Part shown: positions 10,605-22,558 of the stretch, one piece after another | Layout: each line of letters opens with the position of its first letter | Numbering within the stretch: the stretch's first letter is position 1 | Source: Octopus bimaculoides | Taxonomy: Eukaryota | Length of the DNA stretch: 59,475 bases | Assembly (NCBI RefSeq): GCF_001194135.2 | Contig: NC_068984.1 | Coordinates: forward strand, 58,790,982-58,850,456 | Direction of reading: 5' to 3' | Translations under genes and position numbers: made by a program | Notes under the pieces: generated by a model | What the model was told of the DNA's origin: nothing | What the model saw: only the letters and a program-made list of their open reading frames with translations | Databases searched by the model: none

Positions 10605-12099
10605 CGTTTGTTTTGATTTTTTTTATTTTACTTGTTCTGTGATGTTTATCTCATTGGTTCCTTTATACCTGCTGTTTTCTCTGCATCTTCTGGATAGCAT
10701 TTGCAGCATGCTAGATGAGGAGAAGTTGTTAGCTCCTTGCTCAACTTTCTTTGATTTCTTGAAATGGAGGGGCACAGCAAATGGTTTTTCCTACACCCCA
10801 CTCACAGTGCAACGTAGCCAATTCTGAGAGACTGAAAGTGAATGATAGTGAGGAGAATTGTTCTAGTATTGCATTACATACTGATCCCAAAAGGATGAAA
10901 GACAAAGTTGGCCTTGGTGAAATTTATACTCAGAACACAAAGAGTCATGTCACCTACCTCAAAGCAGTTGTCTGATGCTGTACTGATGCTGCCAATCAAC
11001 CACCTAAATAATCTTACTCACAGTAAATAAAATCAGTGATGCAAAACTGAATTTGAACTGTTAACAGGTAAAAATTGGTATTTTCTAACCAACTGAAATC
11101 ATAAGGAAAAATTAAATCCCAAAACAGTTTTTGTAGTAAAATTTAAATTTGAATTTTAGATTAAAATCCAATAAAAAAACAATTGAAATCTGAGCTTCAA
11201 ATGTTGAAAATATATTTATTTGTTCCTTTTTGGAACAGTGGATCTCAAAGTGCTTAAAGTTATAAATAATTACATGCTAATATTGGATTGAAAAGCCTTT
11301 TTGAATAGAAAAAGTTTAAAGCTCCCAATGGAACTTGAAACCACATCTGCAAATATGTCAGGCATTCTAGCATTGGACCAAAGCAATCCTTCAAATTTCT
11401 ATCTTCATTTTAGAAACTTTGTCTTTACCTGTAAAGATTGTATGTTGTTTTAATCAAAAGACTTTACAAACTATCAAGAGAACATGAAATAATTCTATCA
11501 TGTCTACAGATTTGGATTCAGTCCTACAGGCAGCCTTCAACTTTTTTCTATCCAAAGGGTTTTTTAACCTAATATTTATGCTATTATTTATAGCTTTATG
11601 TGCTTCAAGATCAACTGTTCCAAAAAAGAATTATTTCACTTTCTCTTGAAAGATTATGAATCCTTATGATGTTAACAACACATTTATTTGAATTTCGTTT
11701 TTTGCTTATAAATGACAAACCTTTCATAAGAAATTCATTCTAAGTGGAATTCATTTGTATTTTGATATTTAACACATCTCTCTTTCTCTATGTTTTTATT
11801 GAACGCATTAAACCTACATTTTATTATTTTCATCTTACACTTTCATCTATAAAACTATTTGTGAGAAGAAGGAGGAGGAGGAGGAGAAGGAAAAGAAGAA
11901 GAAGAAGAAGATCAGAGGAAGGCGAGGATAACCATTCCCTTAGCTCAATCATGTAGAAGAAATTATTCAATTAAAGTTTGGCTTAATCAGTTCTATCCCC
12001 TCCTCAATCTTGAGGTGAGGAGGAATCTATATTTAAGATTTAATATATAATTATTCTGACATTAATAGTAATTATGATTACATACATTGGCTCAAAGCC

Positions 12100-12275
12100 A
12101 TAATTTCTGGAGAGGGTTAGTCAAATCAATCAACTCCAGTACTACTTTGGTATTTATTTTATTGACCTACAAATTATGAAAGGAAAGTCCACCTTGGCAG
12201 GATTTGATCTCAGAGTATAAAAGATGGACGAAATGTTGCTAAGCATTTTTCCCAGCATGCTAGTGATTCTGCCAT
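12100..12275 (-). mobile_element. SINE family C (short, tRNA-derived)
   Basis: gtcaaatcaatcaactccagtactactttggtattt...gaaaggaaagtccaccttggcaggatttgatctcagag. Confidence 0.75.
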
Positions 12276-12291
12276 CATCATCATCCCCATC

Positions 12292-12555
12292 ATTGTCATT
12301 TCATGACTGCTTTCCATGCTGGCATGGGTTGAACAGTTTGACTGAGAACTGGTATGCTAAGCGGCTGCACCAGGCTCCAATCTGATTTGGCAAGGTTTCT
12401 ACAGCTGGATGCTCTTCCTTATGCCAACCATTCCAAGAGTGTAGTGGGTGCTTTTTATGAGCTACCAACATGGGTGAAGGTTAGGCAGCACTGGCATCAG
12501 CCACACTCAAATGGTACTTTTTACATGTCACCGGCATGGGTGCCAGTCAGGCGAA
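12292..12555 (-). mobile_element. SINE family B
   Basis: catcatt...ttccatgctggcatgggttgaacagtttgactgag. Confidence 0.8.
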
Positions 12556-12829
12556 TATAGTATTAATATATAATATGATGGTAGATGCAATATGGCCAAA
12601 TGTCCAAAAAGTTTGTTTCACAGTCACAAAGTCATTGGTTCAATTCCACAGTGTGGCATCTTGGGCAAGTATATTTTACAACAGCTTCAGGTCAACCCAA
12701 GCCCTGTGAATGAACAGAGTAAATACTAACTGTATGAAGGCCCATTGGATGGATTTTATCATTATCTTAAAGTTTCAGTCATGTGACACATACTTTTGCA
12801 CTAATTCAGTTGATCTTCGACTTGTCATG

Positions 12830-13080
12830 AGCCATATGACTCATTAGGATAGAGCTTAATCCGGTTTCCCTGACATATATATATATATGAGTGAGATTAT
12901 AATATTCATTCCTGAACAGGATGCTGGTCAATTACAGGGTTAACTTCCTATCTATTCCAGGAACATATTTACAGCTGAGTGGAGTGGAGCAGCAATAGGA
13001 AATTAAGTGTCTTGCTGAAGAATACAATGCACTGTCCAGCTTGGGAATTGAAACCATGATTTTATGGTCATGACTAGAAA
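12830..13080 (-). mobile_element. SINE family D
   Basis: cagctgagtggagtggagcagc...gggaattgaaaccatgatttatggtcatga; reverse complement of the 23054 copy. Confidence 0.65.
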
Positions 13081-13214
13081 TTCCAACAGAGACCTGTCTT
13101 ACATCGTAGATACAATCTTTTTAAAAATTTTATTTGTTTTTCTTTTTTAATATTTCTGGTCTCCATCTGTTGTTAGTGACCATGGATGAAGGTCCTGGTT
13201 CTCTGCTCTGATTT

Positions 13215-13760
13215 TTCTTCAGGGTTTACTCTCAAAGCCATTCCCATGGCTGTATATGGCTGCAAGGCAGCAGCAGTTTGGAATTTGGGTTTCCCTCCCT
13301 CTAGATAATTTGTCCCTCCTGGCTAATGTAAAGCAAGTATCTTCAAGATTTCAATGGTGTATTTGTATATTTTTAGAACAACATTGTAGGGCAGGTGTGA
13401 GGAGTTGGATCTGGTCAGTTATCTTTCTGGTATAGGATGTTCAGTAGGATCCAAGCCTGGATAGTATGGTATGGAGGACAGGTTGCTGCATATGAAGCAT
13501 GCCCCCTCCCCACCATCCAAAGAAACAGCACAACAATACAATTTGGCACTAATGCCATTTCAGGAGTTGTCAGAATGAGGTTGAAGACAATGTTAAACTG
13601 CCCCAGGGCTCAAACTCACAATTTTTCTTAGGGTTTACTCTCAAAACTGTTCCCATGGCTGCAAGGCAGCAGCAGTTTGGAATCTGGGTTTTCCTTCCTC
13701 TGGATAGTCTGTCCCTCCTGGCTAATGAGCTCCATCTGCCTGACTGACTTGCTAATTAAC
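13215..13760. repeat. Two direct copies of an approximately 110-bp segment (13219-13330 and 13630-13730), probably retroelement 5' UTR-derived
   Basis: agggtttactctcaaa...gctgcaaggcagcagcagtttggaat...tgtccctcctggctaatg occurs twice. Confidence 0.7.
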
Positions 13761-14450
13761 CCATAGTTGGACCAAGACAAGTGCTATTACTCTGGGTCAG
13801 AGTAGACCAGGGAACAATAACAGTTAAGAGGTGATTCCATACTCCTCAAAACCCTGGAATTTACAAACCAGGGTCCCATAATTGGAAGCTGCTTAAAATC
13901 ATACCAGGTGCAAATCAGCAGTACTGAAAGAATATATAATCTTGGAGTATAAACATATAACCATTTCAAGAATAACTACTAAACTGGAATTGATATATAA
14001 ACTGAACAGAATTGAAAAAAAAACCCAAAACAACAAATAAATATAATAAAATAAAAAAATAAAAAGAACATAGCTGGAAAGAAAAAAGAGAAAAAATAAC
14101 ACAATGAACTCATTATTTGGTATTCTTTTCTTATTTTTTTTTTTCTTCTTCAGCAACTTCAAATAGTAAAATATAACATTAATTTGCTGCTAGTTTCCTC
14201 ACCTTCTATGCTGTTAGGATCTACATTTTTGATCCATCAACAATCTGAGGTGTTATGTATTTATTTAAATTTTTTCATTTTGAGACAGGCTGAGAGATTT
14301 GTTAATGCTGCACGTGTCTATATTACTCAACTTTGGCTTACATTAGTTACATTAAAAATAAATACTTCTGAATAAATTGTGAAGATTTTCCAATGTAAAA
14401 TGATATGAGATATAAATAGTAATTTGAAAGTCAAACTAATAAGGGAACCT

Positions 14451-14828
14451 TTGCTTACCAACCACATGTTTCCGAGTTCATTCCCACTGCATGGCACCTT
14501 GGGCAAGTGTCTTCTACTATAGCCTAGGGCCGACCAAAGCCTTGTGAGTGGATTTGGTAGACGGAAACGGAAAGAAGCCCGTCGTATATATATGTATGTG
14601 TTTGTGTGTCTGTGTTTGTCCCCCCCCCCCGCAGCATCGCTTGGCAACCGATGGTAGTGTGTTTACGTCCCCGTAACTTAGCAGTTCGGCAAAAGAGATC
14701 GATAGAATAAGTACTAGGCTTACAAAGAATAAGTCCTGGGGTCGATTTGCTCGACTAAAAGGTGGTGCTCCGGCATGGCCGCAGTCAAATGACTGAAACA
14801 AGTAAAAGAGTAAAAGAGTAAAGAGTAA
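14451..14828 (+). mobile_element. SINE family A, young copy lacking the extreme 5' end
   Basis: CpG-retaining body; tail gtaaaagagtaaaagagtaaagag. Confidence 0.9.
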
Positions 14829-15553
14829 CCTACTTGAAATTGCAGTCAAATTTCCTTCAAACTACAAGTTTCTGTCCTAAAGAGAAATACATTGGATTAT
14901 GTAGTCCAGCTACACTATGCCTGGATAAAAAAAAAAGACTGGATGGACATGGCTTGAATGTCTTTGATCATAGCCCTATCTTGGGGTTTAATAGCAATGA
15001 CAATATAGCATCTTAAAAAATGAGAGTTATTTCATTAGCAATGTATTGAGAGAGGTCCAGTTATTTTATTCCAGACACTTACTTTACATTTTAATGAGGC
15101 ATTGCTGTATTTCTGGTAATATTCCTTCAACTACATTATGCCAGATTAGATGGGCTTAACTTTTAATGAAAGTAACAACTAGAACTGTTAACATGAAAAT
15201 ATTTCAATAAGTTGCAGCCTTAAATTGTAAAACTAATTTTCACTTAAAACATGAAAATATTAATTTATTAATTTTGGCACAAGGCCACACATTTGAAGGC
15301 ATATTCCACTTGAATCAATCTTATACTTATTTTATTAACTTTAGAAGGGAGAATGTCAATGTCAGCTTCAAGAAGGATTTAGATGTAGAAGGAGAGAAAT
15401 GGAAGTGTGCATGTGTGTTTGTGTGTATCTGTGAGTGTGTGTATATATGTAAGAGAGACAGAGTGAGAGAAAGTGTGTGTGTGAGAGACAAAAGTGAGAG
15501 GTCAACTGACAGATGGACAGACACAAAGAGAGATAAAGAGACTGCATACAGCT

Positions 15554-15781
15554 TTAACCATTTAGCATTTAGATTTCTTTGTCAAATATAATGCTTATTT
15601 ATTCACATTGTTTTGAATTAGTTACACATTATTTTGTAGCTTCAAGATTTCCATGGTGTGTTTGTATATTTTTAGAATGACATTGTAGGTCAAGTGTGTG
15701 GAGTTGAATCAGGTCAGTTTTAACATAAAACAGGTAGAATATTAGGCTGGGTTATGGCCAGCTTAAATGCTAAAGAGTTAA
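15554..15781. mobile_element. piggyBac-type MITE
   Basis: TTAA-ccatttagcattt ... aaatgctaaagag-TTAA; short TIRs bounded by TTAA. Related copies at 41800-42015, 45441-45640 and 13335-13415. Confidence 0.75.
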
Positions 15782-16036
15782 ATTCACCATACATTTTTTC
15801 CTGCCAGATGGTGTGCTGTCATTGAGAGTAGTATGCTGAATACTTGAATACTTACTTAAGGATTTTCCAATTCATTCATCATTTTTGCCAGTAGTTCCCA
15901 AGGGACCTGCTTTCTTTGATTGTCAGGAAAAGGGATTTAAAATCAGAATGCACAAAACTGGAGCAGATACTACAAGACCTCCTATCCAATGATCTAACAT
16001 TTCCAACAATATACCACCCTGAACTGGTATATTATA

Positions 16037-16926
16037 CAGTGCATCCCAAAAGTCACTAATGAGTTTCAATTTTTAATAACTTCCTTAACTTTACAAATAA
16101 ATGCATGAAATTTTGATACAATATAAAGAATACAATGGAAATTAATATGCATGAGTCAGATTTTGCAACACCACTACATCATAAATGAAAAATGACATTG
16201 CCTAATTGGCAGCCATTTTCAGCTTCGCACACCCATGCTCTTTCCCAAATTTGCACCATAACACCCACAAGAGTTTCAGACCCCACTTCTCTGATTTCTC
16301 TATTGATGTTCTCCTTCACTTGCACCAGGGTCTTTGGTTTGTTGACATAAACTCTCTCTTTCAGTTATCCCCACAATAAAAAATCCAGGCTAATCAGGTC
16401 TGGGGAACATGAAGGCCAGTTGACATTGTTGTAGTAGGAGATTATTCTGTCTCCAAAACACTGCCATAGCAACTGCTTTGTTTCTCTTGCAGCATGAACA
16501 ATTAATCCATCTTGCTGGAACCATGGGTGAGGTCTACTTTGAATGGCCTTCACATTCCCCAGACTTGACTAGCCTGAGTTTTTTATTGTAGGGATACCTA
16601 TAAGAGAGGGTTTACATCAACAAACCAGAGACCCTGGTGCAATTGAAGGAGAACATCAATAGAGAAATCAGAGAAGTGGGGGTCTGAAACTCTTGAAGGT
16701 GTTATGGTGCAAGTTTTGGAAAGAGCATGGGTGTGCGAAGACGAAAATGGCTGTCATTTAAGCAATGTCATTTTTCATATGTGATGTAGTGGTGTTGCAA
16801 AATTTGACTTGTGCATATTAATTTCCATTATGTTCTTTATATTGTATCAAAATGTCATGCATTTATTTGTAAATTTAGGGAAGTTATTAAAAATTGAAAC
16901 CCATTAGTGATTTTTGGGATACCTTG
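16037..16926. mobile_element. Foldback non-autonomous Tc1/mariner element: two inverted 3' ends of about 370 bp flanking a 147-bp transposase spacer
   Basis: TA flanks on both sides; 16037-16407 is the reverse complement of 16555-16926 with scattered substitutions; the minus-strand ORF reads WFQQDG...WPSCSPDLISLDFLLWG. Confidence 0.9.
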
Positions 16927-17024
16927 TACATTATTCAAGAAAGAATAAAAGGCAAAGAGAATAAATAGGTTGTTGAACTGAACTTAGTGTAAGAGGGCCA
17001 AAGCAACCACTGCCAAGGCATTTC

Positions 17025-17440
17025 TACTATTTCTTACTTGTTTNNNNNNNNNNNNNNNNNNNNNNNNNNNNNNNNNNNNNNNNNNNNNNNNNNNNNNNNN
17101 NNNNNNNNNNNNNNNNNNNNNNNNNNNNNNNNNNNNNNNNNNNNNNNNNNNNNNNNNNNNNNNNNNNNNNNNNNNNNNNNNNNNNNNNNNNNNNNNNNNN
17201 NNNNNNNNNNNNNNNNNNNNNNNNNNNNNNNNNNNNNNNNNNNNNNNNNNNNNNNNNNGCAAATGCAGACACAAAGACACATACAAATACACACACACAC
17301 ACACAAACAACAGGCTTCTTTCAGTTTCCATCTACCAAATCTATTCTCAAGACACTTGCTCAAGATGCCACGAAATGGGACTGAACCTAGAACCATGTGT
17401 CTGGGAAGCAAACTTCTTATCATACAGCTACATCTGTGCC
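17025..17440 (-). mobile_element. SINE family A spanning the gap 17044-17258
   Basis: tttcttacttgttt on the left; caggcttctttcagtttccatctacc...gggactgaacctagaaccatgtg on the right. Confidence 0.8.
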
Positions 17441-17619
17441 TATAAAGTAAAGGAGTGAATTAGGTTCTACTGGGATTTTCTCTGATTCCCTGATAATTCT
17501 GTCAATTTGCTGCCTTTTGCTTATGCCATTGGATATCATTATCAACATCATTATCATCATCACCATCATAACCATAGCAATGAAATTATCCCTCCTGAAC
17601 AGATTAGCAAAGATTTTTA

Positions 17620-17950
17620 ATACCTGGCTGCTCTTTTAATTCATGAACATTCCAGCTTTCTTTTGCAGGTTAATGTCACACATACAACGGATCATACATC
17701 ACCACTTCTCTCCAACCTCAGCAAAAGCTATCCTATTCAGTATCCATATCTCACTATCATACATCATCATACCTCACACACATGTTTCATACAGGCTATC
17801 TTTTGCACGGAGAGTGTCTTTGTTATGAACAGAGACAAAAGCTTTCCGAACTTCTTTGATTCTTTCTTATACAAGTCACTATATCTCCACAGAAAACGCA
17901 TTCAACACTAATTAAGCCTGCAAAGTAATGGACACCATCTTCTACTTAAA
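17620..17950 (-). mobile_element. RTE-clade LINE, decayed C-terminal RT region
   Basis: Minus translation KKFGKLLSLFITKTLS..AKDSLYETCV.GMMMYDSEIW resembles RTE KFRELLPLL..KGRLYDACVRSVMLHGSETW. Confidence 0.75.
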
Positions 17951-18280
17951 GTGAGTCCATCTGAGCAGTTCAATGACTTTATTTCATGAGTGTTTCTACA
18001 GTTTATCTCCTCTCTAAATTTATAGTAGATATGATGTTCTGGTTTATATCTATTACTATGCCCAGAAACTCAGCTATATTTTCTGCATATCCATTGTTTA
18101 TAAAGGCAGGGAACCTTTCTTTTATATTTGAAGGTTGCATTGAATTAAGTGGATTATAATAAAGCTATATTAAGGGAAATTTTCTTAAATGTGCAGGAAA
18201 AAGTAATTACATTTATTGTGAAAAGGTAATTATAAATATTCAAATGGGAAATAAAAATGCAAATTGATCTTTTAATGTTG

Positions 18281-18325
<45 letters not shown>

Positions 18326-18509
18326 CAGTTTTGTGTGTGTATATATATATATATATATATAAAATAGATAGATAGATAGATCTATGTACACACATACACA
18401 CACACAAACACACATATAACCGGCCTCTGTCCGTCTAAGGAGGTGATGGAATTTTCTTCTTTTCTTTCTTCTCACTCTTCTTCTTCCCCCATGCCCCCCT
18501 CTCTTATTA

Positions 18510-19620
18510 TATTTGCACTATATAGGCACATTGTATTTAATGACTGTGCAGGCAAATTCAAGAGTAGCAGTCCATATCATAGTCACCACTGATGAAGACT
18601 AAGTTTTCATGTGGAGTCAATGTCTTCTGCCTTTGTCTTTTTAATACCTAAAACTGATTTTGATTGTTCCCTACTTTTTTACTCCTGCCTTCTGTCTCCA
18701 ACATCAAGAATTTAACACTATGTCTTCCCATGGTTAATCCAATGTATGCTGGAGGTCCCCTTTGCACATGTGGTTGTATCTCAAGTAGAGATAGCCTACA
18801 GGACACAATCCACACTCAAACTGATGATACAATAATCTTTGAGGATGCAAATCCCATGACCAACCTATAGCAGGTAATGTTCATTAAACATTGTACTGGT
18901 AATTTTAGATCCTGTTCTGTCAAGAACTTCATTATTGGTGATCTTGTCTTCTTATGTGATGCCCAAGATTTTTTGAAGACTTCTCAAGTGATAGGTATGT
19001 AAATTTCTCTTTTTCTTTTTAATACATATCCTCTGTGTTTCATTACCATGACAGAGAGTATTGATAATGCAAGTTTGATAAACCTTTAACTTGGTGGTCA
19101 GTGTAAAGTTTTTGTTTTCCCAGATTCTTTTGGTTTAGTCATCACAGTAGATGTATTTTCAAATTTGGTATTAATCTCAGTATTTAGAGACAAGTTGCTT
19201 GTTATGACTGAGCCCACTTCTCTGAAGTTGTTTACCACTTTGTGTGAAGACCCACTGTTTGAAATAGAAGGAGAGTGTGGAGCATCCTGTGTCAAAATTT
19301 CAGTTTTCTTTACACTAATAGAGCAATCTCTCTGCATGGCAAAAATGATATTTTTTTAATGCAAAACCAGGCTTATAGCATCAAGTTTAACATTCTTAAA
19401 GACTACATATGACCTTCCTTAGCTTTGGTTTGCACTAAGTACACAACATAGAGTTTTCTTCCTACTCTGTACATAGATGTTGAACAAATCAATTTCATAG
19501 ATGCCACTGGAATTTCATAATATCTGTTACTAATTAATAATTTAGTATATGGTTTAGTGACCTTTAAACAATAGGATGCAACATATGAAACTAAATGCAA
19601 GATATTTAGACAAGATCTTT
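18510..19620 (-). mobile_element. RTE-clade LINE, 3' 1.1 kb, pseudogenised
   Basis: SISVKKTEILTQ...VVNNFREVGSVITSNLSLNTEINTK, YHLRSLQKILGIT.EDKITNNEVLDRTG and a terminal C..SH..C motif. Confidence 0.85.
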
Positions 19621-19840
19621 ATCATTTTCATCATTTGTCACTTGTAGCTATTTGGGTATTTCAGAATCACTCTAACAATTAATGCTACTTTATCCCACAC
19701 CACTAAATTATGTTAAGTATAATATACTTTTATTAGATTTAACCATAATGCATTGACTCATCTCTCAGGCCAGCTATACATCATCCATCAATATATACAT
19801 ACATACATACATATATAAATATATATATATATATATATAT

Positions 19841-19940
19841 NNNNNNNNNNNNNNNNNNNNNNNNNNNNNNNNNNNNNNNNNNNNNNNNNNNNNNNNNNNN
19901 NNNNNNNNNNNNNNNNNNNNNNNNNNNNNNNNNNNNNNNN
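19841..19940. other. Assembly gap (100 N) inside (TA)n
   Basis: N run. Confidence 1.
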
Positions 19941-19977
<37 letters not shown>

Positions 19978-20059
19978 GGTTTGGAATCTGCAGATTCTAT
20001 TACAATAATTGCAAGCGCTAATATATGATTTATAAAATCATGTGACATCTTAATAAAAA

Positions 20060-20185
20060 TCTGTAAATGTACAACCATCCAGATAATGAATGTCACGGAG
20101 AGGGTCATAGCCCAACTAATTAGGGAATGAATCAGTTTAGATGAGATGCAGTTTGGGTTCGTGCCAGGAAAAAGCACCACTGAGA
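20060..20185 (+). mobile_element. RTE LINE RT fragment
   Basis: IMNVTERVIAQLIRE*ISLDEMQFGFVPGKSTT (QFGF motif of non-LTR RT). Confidence 0.85.
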
Positions 20186-20189
20186 AAGC

Positions 20190-20905
20190 ACTAAAGAGAA
20201 ATTTTGCATTAAACTTGGGACGTCTGCTACAGAGACATTGAGCATGGTTTGGCAAGCTCACAGCGATGAGGCAATGGGTCATCATATGCAATGTTTTGAG
20301 TGGCACAGGCACTTCAAAAGCAGAACATTCTTGTAAGACAATGAATGATCTGGAAAACCTGCCACGAGTGTCACCCCTGGAAATGTGGTATTGTGGTATT
20401 GTGCATCCAAAATTTGTACCCCTGGGCCAGACCGTCAATCAAGAGTTCTACTGTGACATTCTGATCTGTTTGAGGGAGGACATTCAACAAAAGCAACCGG
20501 ATCTGTGGAGCACAAAGAATTGAATTCTTCACAATGACAATGCACACTGTCACCAAGCTCTCCTCACTTGTGAGTTTCTCACCAAAAACAACATGGTATC
20601 ACTACTGCACTCACCCTATTCACCAAATTTAGCACCTGAAGACTTCCATTTCTTCCTATGATGAAAATACAGCTCAAAGGTCGTTGTTTTAACACCATTG
20701 TCGAGATCCAGAGTGAATCACAGAAGGTTATCAACTTGCTTACAGAAAATGACTTCCAAGCCAGATTCCAAAAGTAGTAAGAACACTGGGACCAGTGTAT
20801 TGCTGTACAAGGTGACTATTTCAAAGGAGATGATATTAAAACCTAGGTAAATAAAGTATTTTTTATTAAACATAACTAGTCCAGGAACATTTTGTTGCCA
20901 CCTCA
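20190..20905 (+). mobile_element. Mariner element of the same family as 7406-8282; 5' truncated, different internal deletion
   Basis: FCIKLGTSATETLSM, GIVHPKFVPLGQTVNQEFYCDIL, LHNDNAH, YSPNLAPED; right TIR ccaggaacattttgttgccacctca+TA. Confidence 0.9.
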
Positions 20906-20959
20906 TAAAAAAAGATACTTCATTGAAAAGCAAACTTCTGGAACACAACATTTTAATTT

Positions 20960-21410
20960 ACATCAATTCTTTTATTCTTTTATTCTTTTACCTTTTTCAG
21001 TCCTTAGACTGTGATCATGCTGAGCACTACCTTGAAGAGTTTCAGTTGAACAATTTCACCCCAATATTTATTTTTTATTTCTAAGGTTGGTGCTTATTCT
21101 ATCAGTCTCTTTTGTCAAACTGCTAAGTTAGAGGGACATAAACAAACCAACTCTAGTTGTCAAGTGATAGTGGGCAACAAACACAAATACAAGCACAAAG
21201 ATCTCCACACACACACACACATACACTCACTCATACACACATTACATGAAGGGCTACCTTCAGTTTCCTTCTACCAAATTCATTCACAAGTATTTGGTTG
21301 GCCTACAACAATAATAGTAGAAGACACATGCCCAACGTGCCATGCAGTGGGACTGAACCTGGAACTATATGGTTGGGAAACGAACTTCTTACCACACTGC
21401 CATGTCTGTA
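20960..21410 (-). mobile_element. SINE family A
   Basis: Colinear with 23303-23700. Confidence 0.8.
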
Positions 21411-21524
21411 CCAATGCAGCCACACCTACACTCATGTACAAGTTATGTCTGTCTGTTTTATATATATTTTTGTTCCCTTCCATTTAAATTGCAAGATATT
21501 TCATTACAGAACATAATTACAAAC

Positions 21525-21526
21525 TA

Positions 21527-21562
<36 letters not shown>

Positions 21563-21874
21563 CCTCTCTCCCTACCTCTCTCTCCCTGTCCCTCTTTCTC
21601 TTTCTCACACACACACACACACATACATACATACAAACACACACACACACAACACATGTATGCACACATGTATGCACACATGCATGCACACATGCACACA
21701 CACATGCATGCACGCACACATGCCGCACACACACACACTCAAATACACACAGACATAAAATTTTGAATGAGAGAAAAATCTTCATCCTCTTCCTACAAAA
21801 ATTTTTTAAACAAAATTTTTTTAAAAAGAAGCTTTCTAATGCATATTTAATATATATATATTTATGTGTGTGTA

Positions 21875-21920
<46 letters not shown>
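21525..21920. repeat. Compound microsatellite (CT)n/(CA)n/(ATGCACAC)n/(TG)n/(TA)n
   Basis: Direct reading. Confidence 0.9.
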
Positions 21921-21925
<5 letters not shown>

Positions 21926-22012
21926 CAAATGTAATTTCAAAGTTTAAAATGGCAAATATATGGCATATACAACAATATTTCAATAGTATTTCCATCATTT
22001 TACTCTATACAC

Positions 22013-22122
22013 ATTTATTTCTGAGAGCATTTTGGTTAATCTCAAGCAAAGAATCAATAACAGAAAAATCTGGTCGTTCGTCTTTCTCATGGATGATAAT
22101 ATATTTGTGAAAGAATGCGATT
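22013..22122 (-). CDS. Candidate internal exon (IAFFHKYIIIHEKDERPDFSVIDSLLEINQNALRNK); 3' boundary uncertain
   Basis: Strong acceptor tatatttccattttatag|A; open frame; several CpGs retained inside a CpG-depleted region; only weak donors (exon end at 22004, 22011 or 22013). Confidence 0.35.
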
Positions 22123-22436
22123 CTATAAAATGGAAATATATATTTCACTGTCTCTCTCACCTCTTTCTCTCTCTCTCTCTTTCCCCTCTTTATCTCTCTC
22201 TCCCCTCCTTCTTTCTCTCTCTCTCTTTTCCCTATTTTTTTCTCTCTCTCTCTCTCTTTCAGTTTTTCTTACTGATTCTGTTTCTCTTGCACTCTTTGTA
22301 TCCTTGTCTCTCAGTGTCTGTCTCCAACTCTGTGTGGAATGGTTTCTATCAATAACAGCAAAGTGATTCCATGAAAAAGAATTAATCAGAGTGTCCTGAT
22401 CACTAATTACTTATTTTGCAATAATCAAGTGCTTAC

Positions 22437-22469
22437 AAGTCTGTATCTTTGACAGAAACAAATTTACGA
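22437..22469 (-). CDS. Candidate 33-nt exon (RKFVSVKDTD, phase 2-2)
   Basis: aataatttctag|...|gtaagc; phase-compatible with candidate exon 1 and with the 22122 exon. Confidence 0.2.
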
Positions 22470-22494
22470 CTAGAAATTATTAATATATCTAAAT

Positions 22495-22558
22495 ATATAA
22501 ATAAATGGATAAATAAATAAATAAAAAAATAAATAAATAAATAAATAAATAAATAAAT
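22495..22558. repeat. (TAAA)n microsatellite
   Basis: Direct reading. Confidence 0.9.

Noticed and set aside
16984-17445. ORFs of 91-135 aa
   Set aside because: Span an N gap inside a SINE
21369-22366. Cys/Val, His/Thr and Ser/Leu-rich ORFs
   Set aside because: Translations of (TG)n, (CA)n and (CT)n microsatellites
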